In this document: piece by piece, positions 55,088 through 64,000 of the stretch
Position numbering within the stretch: the stretch's first letter is position 1
Layout of the letters: each line of letters begins with the position of its first letter
Source: Eledone cirrhosa
Lineage: Eukaryota
Reading direction: 5' to 3'
Length of the DNA stretch: 64,000 nt
Assembly: GCA_964016885.1 (NCBI GenBank)
Contig: OZ024741.1
Coordinates: 282,658,001 to 282,722,000, forward strand
Position numbers and translations under genes: made by a program
Notes under the pieces: model-generated
What the model saw: the letters and a program-made list of their open reading frames with translations, nothing else
What the model was told of the DNA's origin: nothing
Databases searched by the model: none

Positions 55088-55175
55088 GAAATGACTTCTA
55101 CAGGACTAGAACCATTCATTTATATGAAATCATTTTATATAATTGAAACAGTTATAGTCCTGTAGAAGTCATTTC
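55088..55175. mobile_element. Short palindromic MITE-like element
   Basis: GAAATGACTTCTACAGGACTA ... TAGTCCTGTAGAAGTCATTTC is a perfect 21-bp inverted repeat; a related copy is at 62680-62790. Confidence 0.75.
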
Positions 55176-55377
55176 TATATAAAGTGATTTGATGTATATA
55201 TGCTATATGATGTTATGGAAGCATAATTCATTAATAAATATATCAATAATTAAGTGAAGGACTAGTTATTAAGAAACTTATAACTTAAGATATATTAACA
55301 GAGCCAATAGACTATTTTCGGTATAAATAATGATTATAAGGCTGAAAATCCTAAAATCTTTCCGATCAATTTTCTAG

Positions 55378-55582
55378 GTGTCGCTTACTTTCTGCAAGCG
55401 CAAAGTTCTAGGGGGGTGGGTTGGATTGATGCCCTGCCTGTAGCCAACAGTGGTGGTTCTCTCAGGCAGGACGAACTCCGCATCTTCGAGTGGGAGCTGA
55501 CGTCTGTGTGGATCTGAGATGTCGCTGTGGTAGGTCCCTCGACTCCACAGGTCTACATGGTTTGTTCTACCGTCTGAAAGCT
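55378..55582 (+). mobile_element. CRE-like (RLE-type) non-LTR retrotransposon fragment, zinc-knuckle region
   Basis: Translates with frameshifts as RLLSASA / GWIDALPVANSGGSLRQDELRI / VGADVCVDLRCRCGRSLDSTGLHGL. This resembles the GAWL.ALP...LRI...LG....C.CG...D..G.H.L.C motif upstream of restriction-like endonucleases. Confidence 0.65.
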
Positions 55583-55609
55583 TACCTCAGTTCTGGACAT
55601 AAAGCTGCC

Positions 55610-55672
55610 GTGTGGTTCACGCTACCATTCGCACTCAATGTGAAGACCAATGTAGGTAGAAAATTCCTACTA
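55610..55672 (+). mobile_element. Short Penelope-like element fragment
   Basis: WFTLPFALNVKTNVGRKFL resembles the WFNPPFS.NVKTNIG.KFL linker motif I recall from Penelope-like ORFs; only 19 residues. Confidence 0.45.
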
Positions 55673-55850
55673 GTTTGCAGCACCCTAAACGTGTTCTAAT
55701 CTGTATGATCCGAAAATAATTTGAAGCAATAAATTAAAATTTACGCCATTTTAAAAACAACAACTCTGAAGAACCAACATCAAACTCATGGAAAACTTGA
55801 TTAGAAGAAAATTACAATATTGAAACTTTGAGAAGTATTTATGGAGATAA

Positions 55851-56252
55851 ACGGTGTATATGAAATTACACAAAAGCTAAGTTCATATTTTTCCAAAAAC
55901 AAATATGCTGACAATGTAGATAGCTTGAAATTACAAACACAAATGCCACCGTCGTCAAAATTCAACACATACACAAATATATCTCTATTACTTAATTACG
56001 TAAATATTTCATAATAGAATCAAAACAAAAGAAAATATTAAGTCAACACTAAGTGTGTCAATCGGTCACAGGGGGTGCCGGAGCCTCCCTCTAATACATT
56101 TTGAGGCAAGCCAACACACTGGCAGTGTTACCACGGATGATAGTGAGGCTACGGCGCTGAAACAACCATGCAACCTCGCAGGCATCACCTGATACCTCAG
56201 TAAGGTGAGCTGCCAACAATGACAAGAACTTCGTTGACAGCGGCGTAGCTCC
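55851..56252 (-). mobile_element. 5'-truncated CRE-like retrotransposon 3' end inserted antisense into the mariner
   Basis: 56091-56252 on the minus strand gives GATPLSTKFLSLLAAHLTEVSGDACEVAWLFQRRSLTIIRGNTASVLACLKMY*, matching the RLE C-terminal W.FQR.S..I.RGN..SV motif. The remainder is inferred 3' UTR. Confidence 0.75.
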
Positions 56253-56649
56253 TGAAAATCAATAATTTACAAATTGATAACTGGTTTCAAAGAAGGACGA
56301 GACGGAGTTGAAGATGATGAATGGGCCGACAGGCCATCAACATCAGTTTGTGAAAAAAAAATCGATGCTACTCGAGATTTCATTGATGGAGAGCAATGAT
56401 CAACAACAGAAAATATAGCTCACACCCAATTGGTCGATTGGTTCAGTTCACACAATTTTAAGTGATAAATTAAAGTTGAGTAAACTTTCTGCCCTCTGGA
56501 TGCCAAGACTGTTGCGTCCGAATCAACAACAAAAAAGAGCAGAGCTTTCTATAGAAGATTTAAACAAATGAGATCAAAATCCAGAAGGCTTTCTGAGGAG
56601 ATTTGTGGCTGAAGATGAAATGCGGCTTTACTGGTACGATCATGTAGAC

Positions 56650-56968
56650 CGGAGTTTCTCAAACTTTTAGCCCCCCCCCCCCCCCACTCTATTTACAAAG
56701 AGACCTGCCTACACGCAAATTGTAAATAATATATAAATCAAATCGTTAATTTATATATAATAAATAATATAATATATACTATGTATATATATATATTACG
56801 TATCTTTTATTTTACCATATTTATATATATATCATCTGATATTTAATATACTATTAGATCATCTCTACCCCCTTATCCCCCCCCCCCCCCATTAGGCCCT
56901 AGTGCCCTCTGGACCTCCTCAACGCCTTCCGTGAGGGGTGGGGATAGCGTCCACTTTGAGAATCTCTG
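56650..56968. mobile_element. hAT (Charlie-like) MITE with an 8-bp target-site duplication
   Basis: TIRs CGGAGTTTCTCAAA / TTTGAGAATCTCTG. Flanks ATGTAGAC (56642-56649) and GTGTAGAC (56969-56976) match at 7 of 8 positions. Removing it restores the mariner reading YDHVD-KAQSKQ. Confidence 0.85.
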
Positions 56969-57487
56969 GTGTAGACAAAGCTCAGTCAAAGCAATAGTTA
57001 CTCAAAGATGGAAAAGGTCCGGTCAAAGCAAGAGTGAACCGTTCAGGGGGAAAGGTTGTGGCAACAATCTTTAGGGATGCTGAGAGTATTTTGTTAATTA
57101 ACAAAAAAGACAAACAATAACATCTACTTACAAAAAAGTTTTGAGAAAATTAGTATATATGGTTGTGCTGATGGTGCTTATGTGAAGAAATAACGCTTTT
57201 ACATAAAATAGTTTTCTTTTCATTCTATTTTCCCCATACCAATTTTTTTTTTTTTTTTTGTATGCAGAAATAAATTCGAGTTTTATTAAGGCATAACCGT
57301 CAACATAATATTATAAATAAAAAGAGAAAAAAAAGAAAGAAAAGGGAAAGGAAAAAAAACACCAGCAGGTAATACATACATCTAGGACCACGTACACACA
57401 TACAACAAAAGGCAAGCGAAAGGGGTGGACAAACGAACCGCTACCAGAGCAAAAGATAACAATATCGCGAGGAGCACTGGGAAACCT

Positions 57488-57660
57488 CTAATAATTTTTG
57501 AGGCAAGCCAGCACGCTCGCAACGTTACCTCGGGTGATGGAAAGGCTAATGCGCTGGAACAGCCAACTGCTTTATGAGCGTCACCAGTTATCTCTGTTAG
57601 GCGAGCTGCTAGTGAAGACAAGCACCTTGTAGTTAGCGGCCCGACTCGCCCAAACGTTCT
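57488..57660 (-). mobile_element. Second CRE-like retrotransposon 3' end fragment
   Basis: Minus strand TFGRVGPLTTRCLSSLAARLTEITGDAHKA / WLFQRISLSITRGNVASVLACLKNY*, paralogous to 56091-56252. Confidence 0.75.
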
Positions 57661-57728
57661 TGTAGCCCTAACTAAATTACTGTTTATACGCTGTTAACTG
57701 AATACTTTTCGTCGTTTCTGTTTTACAG

Positions 57729-57796
57729 TTTACTTGAGTTACTTCGACAGAGTAAAATACGGAACAACGGTCGGACAATTAACCCTAGATACATTT
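57729..57796 (+). other. Candidate isolated 68-bp exon of an unidentified gene
   Basis: Pyrimidine-rich acceptor TTTCTGTTTTACAG and donor GTAAGT flank it; two of three frames are open (one reads YLSYFDRVKYGTTVGQLTLDTF). No homology recognised. Confidence 0.3.
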
Positions 57797-58047
57797 GTAA
57801 GTTTTGCTTCAACATTTTTCATATGATAGTATCTCTAAAGTCGCCTTTGTTTGACGACTTTATATATATATATACAATGTATATATATATATATACAATA
57901 TATATTAATGAGTTAAACAAGATTCAATGAGTACATCAAAGAATGAGTTTTACAGTAGATTGGAAGCACTCTACAGTGAAAACTTTTTCCCAGAGTTATT
58001 AATATTAATTCAAATATTAACAAAATAGATATTCTGTGATCAATTAA

Positions 58048-58112
58048 ATTTTATTATACATATTTCAGAGGTACTGAATTAAGTTCAACAGTACGTCCTC
58101 ATCAGATAAAAT
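58048..58112 (-). ncRNA. Minimal type I hammerhead ribozyme (Penelope-associated type)
   Basis: Minus strand ATTTTAT-CTGATGA-GGACGTACTG-TTGAACTTAATT-CAGTACCTCT-GAAA-TATGT-ATA-ATAAAAT. Perfect 7-bp stem I, intact CUGAUGA and GAAA core, 9 of 10 pairs in stem II, short quasi-palindromic stem III, AUA cleavage triplet. Confidence 0.75.
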
Positions 58113-58901
58113 AAAATGATACATGACATACCCTGACATGGTAGATGGTTAAGATTTAATCAAGGTAGTGATTAACTTATGAGAAAACTCAATATTTATA
58201 CCCTAATATTGAGAACATGAGAAAACGTAATAGAATCAATAGAGAGAGTGTGAGTAATATATTTTTTAAGAAATACATTGCCTCAATGCAACAGTTATAG
58301 AATTTTTAATATTTAAAATACTACTATAGAACTATGCGGTAGAAGAAAGTATAGAGGAAGACGTAGCTGCAGTTATAACTTATTTAGTATTTAGCTTGAG
58401 AAGACAAATGACAGATAATTAAAGAGAGGGAGAGACAAAGGGGAGTAATTTATGCTCAAATTTCTTTATACACACATAATCATATATAGTTTTGGCGGTT
58501 AATTTTCAAAATATTTAATTTATGTTATTTCAGGGTAAAGAATCAAAATTTTAGGTTTTAAAAGTTGATGGGTATTTGTATTAATATTATAATATAATTA
58601 TGTTAAATTTCTAAAATTCAAAATTTTATGAAGACAAATTTAAAGGATTTACGAAGCCCTCGAAAGAAAGAAAATATACATATAATGTTCAATATTCCCA
58701 CAAAGGTAATCTTTATCAAAATTACTTATAACACTGACAACATTTTCTATAATATAATTTATGAGATATTTACAGTTATAACTATTAAAGAATTTATTAT
58801 TAAATAGTTATAGTGCCTAAAGTATTAACAGGTGTTATAATTAAACCTAAAGAGTCAGAGTTTTCAGCTATATATATGTGTGTATTGATCATAATACCAG
58901 G

Positions 58902-59053
58902 ACTATAATTTATTATTTGTTCATATATTATATTAAGTAAGTGAATTATATAAGTTCAACCTTCTAGGGAAAACCGAACTATAATTTATTATTAGTTCAT
59001 ATATTATATTAAGTAAATGATTATATAAGTTCGACCTTCCAGGGAAAACCAAA
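58902..59053. repeat. Tandem duplication, two copies of ~76 bp
   Basis: ACTATAATTTATTAT...AGTTC.ACCTTC.AGGGAAAACC starts at 58902 and again at 58978. Confidence 0.9.
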
Positions 59054-59190
59054 CACTTATAATAATGTCATTTGGGTGTTTAAATTATTTATATAAATGT
59101 AACTACGATTATGTTATTATCCTAGATAAAGATATTTGTATAAAACTATATATAGATGTACTAGGTTAACGTTTGATATAGCAGGAAAGG

Positions 59191-59215
59191 GTTTCGGACG
59201 CTAGTCCTTCATCAG
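59191..59215 (-). ncRNA. Degenerate hammerhead core (Penelope-like remnant)
   Basis: Minus strand CTGATGA-A-GGAC-TAGC-GTCC-GAAAC; stems I and III not recognisable. Confidence 0.35.
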
Positions 59216-59792
59216 AAGAAAGAATGAGAAATAAGATAGATTGGGGGGACGGGCGGGATGGAATTGGAAAAAATGTCTTTAGATAAAAACAACAGGTCCA
59301 TTCATGTTGATACCTCTTGCGAAACTGATGGTGCACATATATATATAGTTCTTAGCCATTTTGAATTCGTTTCTGGCGGTGATCATTTAAGAAAATTCTT
59401 TGTCCAAGTGAATTTGTTTCCTGACGAGTTCGAAGCTCGAGAATTTATCGTTGATAGGATATTTCCGAAAGCGAACGAAACCCTAAGGGTAGAAACGTAA
59501 TCCTGGTATGTGTATATGCATTTTTTCTTCTAACTTTAATTTTATACCTAATTGTGTATGATTGACGGTATATTTAATCGATTTCCACGTGGTATTGAAA
59601 TGTTGGGTAAATATTCTATAGCGGTTGACCGCGAATAGATGGCTGTCGTTTATTTATCCACTATTTCTTCATAGGTGCCTTTTAATCTTATAGCCTGGTT
59701 TAATTGTGTTTTTTTTGTGTGGTTGATTATGCTAATTGGGAGAGGAAATGGTGTATATATATTATCAAATGATTCTATGGACATACTTTATA

Positions 59793-59793
<1 letters not shown>

Positions 59794-59824
<31 letters not shown>

Positions 59825-60003
59825 CGCGTAAAATTCCCGAGATCCATGGACGAGTTCTCTCCAGCGGTCTCTGTCCCTCATTATCGCTGCCATGTCCTGC
59901 GTCTCCAACAGACCAGTGTCTGTCCTTAGGGCATCAACATACGTTAACCTTGGTCTTCCTCTTCCAGTGTGTCCATGTAGGGACTCCCACAGGAGCACTA
60001 AGT
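59794..60003 (-). mobile_element. RTE-type LINE 3' end followed by (TA)n
   Basis: LVLLWESLHGHTGRGRPRLTYVDALRTDTG...MRDRDRWRELV matches the RTE C-terminal LW.P..G....GRP..T..D......DR..WR pattern. Confidence 0.8.
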
Positions 60004-60089
60004 GCATATATATATGTTATCCCGGGTTCAATCGGGGGTAACCACAGTAAGTAAGGTACTCAATACAGTGCAGAGTATAAATATAAATA

Positions 60090-61576
<1,487 letters not shown>

Positions 61577-62159
61577 TATATATATATACTTAATACATTA
61601 ACAGAAAAAGCTATTAGCGATACTCCAACCAACTTCCATCTCACTCAACAAACATTAGGAAATACCTATTCCCAATTATGCGTTTGGGGTGCTAACTATA
61701 TTGTATTATGTTGAAAGTCGGCTGTATTACTTTATATGAGACATAATTAAATATATATATATGAAACGAAGTTTTATTGGTTGTGGAATAAATGACGAAC
61801 ACGACAAATACCAACAACTTTGGTTGAATATATATATTTACTTTACTTCAGCAAAAAGGCAAAAAGGATTACTTCGAATCGTAAATAAAATGTTTGATTA
61901 TAATGTTCACAAATGAATATAGTGTTCATTAAGCTTCAGTGTTGTGCACCAAATTTTATTTACCATGGACTGTTCTCTTAAAAGAAAACTGACAAGTTGT
62001 CGTCAACAGTGATAACAGTAAACCATAAATTTATCCAGACTGTGTTTTGTAGGCGAAGAGGCAGGACCACACTACAGTATATTTATCATGACCGCTGGTT
62101 ATTTTACTGATAGATAACAGATGGGATGGCCCCAGAATGTATCCTCCTTCCTACAACTG

Positions 62160-62333
62160 CAGACCTACCGACGTCTAGAAACCCAAACGGGGAGAACCAT
62201 GAAAAAAAGTGCCCCAAAACGGGGAGATTTTACATAATGAAAGCTATCCAATTTTCACAAGAGAAGACTTCACTCACCTACGCCAAAGTGGGTGGGAGAT
62301 CTCTCCGTCGGACGGGGAGAATTGACAGGTCCG
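62160..62333 (-). mobile_element. MITE of the same family as 52316-52500, with a 6-bp flanking direct repeat
   Basis: CAGACCTACCGAC...ATTGACAGGTCCG, flanked by CAACTG at 62154-62159 and 62334-62339. Confidence 0.8.
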
Positions 62334-62426
62334 CAACTGTTGCAGTAAATCCTATCATCAGGTAAATATATCTATTGTCTTCTCTGCGAGATTGCGGGTC
62401 ACTTTTCTTGTGGTGGTCGTGGGAAA

Positions 62427-62457
<31 letters not shown>

Positions 62458-62554
62458 CATATATAATATGTGGACTCCCGAGTTATGTCGGTGGGTAACC
62501 ACAGTTAAAAAGGCTACTCAATACATTAATAGAGCATAGGCATCTTTAGTAAAT

Positions 62555-62673
62555 CTGAGTTCAAATCCCGCCGAGGTTAACTTTACCTTTCATTCTTACG
62601 GGGTCGATAAAATAAAGTACCAGTAATGCACTGGTATAATTGCTGGCCTTGTGCCAAAAAGTAGAAACAATTA
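62555..62673 (+). mobile_element. SINE copy (B box to tail) of the 48555-49700 family
   Basis: CTGAGTTCAAATCCCGCCGAGGTTAACTTTACCTTTCATTCTTACGGGGTCGATAAAATAAAGTACCAG; close reverse complement of ~49260-49376. Confidence 0.85.
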
Positions 62674-62679
62674 TATGCA

Positions 62680-62790
62680 GAAATGACTTCTACGGGAATA
62701 GAACTGTTTCATTCATATAAAATCATCAGGAATGTATGACCTGATGATTTCATATGAATAAAACAGTTCTCGTCCGGTAAAAGTAATTTC
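62680..62790. mobile_element. Palindromic MITE-like element related to 55088-55175
   Basis: GAAATGACTTCTACGGGAATAGAACTGTTTCATTCATATAAAATCATCAGG..CCTGATGATTTCATATGAATAAAACAGTTCTCGTCCGGTAAAAGTAATTTC folds back over nearly its whole length. Confidence 0.7.
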
Positions 62791-62799
62791 TCTCTCTCG

Positions 62800-62837
<38 letters not shown>

Positions 62838-62848
62838 ATCTCTCTCTC

Positions 62849-62936
<88 letters not shown>
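62789..62936. repeat. Compound (CT)n(AT)n microsatellite
   Basis: Seen directly. Confidence 0.95.
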
Positions 62937-62939
<3 letters not shown>

Positions 62940-63299
62940 ATAATAATAAATTTGAAGACTAAAATCCAAAGAGGGCTCGATAAGGATAAATATATATCAA
63001 ATATATAAGAACCGTAGACTGGGAGATCCTAGCTAGGGCTAGATCGTATAACGGTAATAAAAGACCATGTGACCTCTGCGCCGCTGGGGCCCTGGAAATA
63101 CTCTACGCCAGACACCACATCTTAAACAAAAAATCTGAGGCAATTTCGGCTTGTAAACATAAATTGCACAAAACTTTCCTGTATTACAGCCCCACGCTAT
63201 ACCCTAACGGATAGTACGATTTATACGTGGATATTTTACGTCTTGATGTGGGAGCTAAGTATGTTTTGTTTATACCATTACTTATTTGCATAGGTAAGT

Positions 63300-63745
63300 A
63301 TATTTTACCCGTATGTTTTGTGAAGGTACGTATACCTTCTCGTACGTATATTTGATTGTTTATGTTATGGCGTATAATTTTATATATTCTGGTACATATG
63401 GTTTGGCTATGTGTATACGGGAGTTTTGCGTCTGTGCGAGTATGCAGGTTCGTACGTATGTTGGGTGTGTGTATATGTGTACTTCATGTTTTGGTTGACT
63501 TACATCTCCGAACATTCGTGTATTTACATGTAGGTATGTGTGTGCGCTTGTTATATACGTATTTATTTATTTATATACGTTTATATAATTATTTATTTAT
63601 TTGTATACACGCATACACACACATATTTATATGTGCGTGGTTTTGTATACCGATGGTAAGTGTTCTGCGTATGCTTGTGTATGTACGTATTTGTTTGCGT
63701 GTATGTATTTATTTATTTCTATTACTTCTGTATTGTATTTATTTA
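63300..63745. repeat. Degenerate (TATG/TGTG/TATT)n low-complexity tract
   Basis: Seen directly; source of the spurious Y/V/C/M-rich ORFs. Confidence 0.75.
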
Positions 63746-64000
63746 CTTTGCTCTTAACTCTGTAGCGGAGATTCATTCGGTCTCCTAGTTAGAATTTTGT
63801 CTACGACTTCTGCTATACCATTTACGTGGTTTTGTCTTTGCGTGCTATTGTTCTCCACGTTCCACATATGACGTATTATCTTCGTTTTTTCCGTTCATTG
63901 CCAGAGAACGTCTCTATGAACCACCTAAGAGAACATTAGTCTACAACCTCTTTTATACCATAAACGTGGTTCTGTCTTTGCGCGTAATTGTTTTTCACCG

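Larger units (their letters stand above)
55770..57152 (+). pseudogene. Decayed Hsmar2-like (irritans-type) mariner transposase, interrupted by two insertions
   Basis: RTNIKLM..IETLRSIYGD (55770-55850) | KSIIYKLITGFKEGRDGVEDDE..RPSTS..SIGSVHTILSDKLKLSKLSALWMPRLLRP..RAELS..FLRRFVAEDEMRLYWYDHVD (56256-56649) | KAQSKQ..GPVKA..KVVATIFRDAESILLI..TITSTY..VLRKL (56977-57152). In-frame stops and frameshifts present. Confidence 0.88.

Noticed and set aside
54787-55119. 110-aa L/S-rich ORF, and similar ORFs at 62709-62969 and 63313-63757
   Set aside because: Translations of microsatellite or low-complexity DNA.

Overview
Eukaryotic, repeat-dominated window with no intact protein-coding gene that I can support. 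The SINE and microsatellite make-up resembles cephalopod (Octopus-like) DNA; this is an inference from recall. Positions 1 to ~45,240 are one uninterrupted head-to-tail array of ~1,290 copies of a 35-bp monomer, CTAATAAACACCAAGTRTGGTGTGTCTRTCTCTAT. Each monomer has a 6-bp hairpin and two A/G polymorphic sites. Higher-order structure is nested: 105-bp trimers, a ~5.6-5.8-kb duplication, a 9,587-bp tandem duplication and an overlapping ~9.4-9.8-kb duplication. The last ~18.8 kb is mostly decayed mobile elements: tRNA-type SINE clusters, an RTE LINE fragment with a PHD finger, three CRE-like (RLE) retrotransposon fragments, an Hsmar2-like mariner interrupted twice, several MITEs, Penelope-like remnants including a structurally complete minimal type I hammerhead ribozyme (58048-58112, minus strand), and an internally deleted Helitron. 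One possible isolated exon lies at 57729-57796. All alignments and offsets were read by eye.
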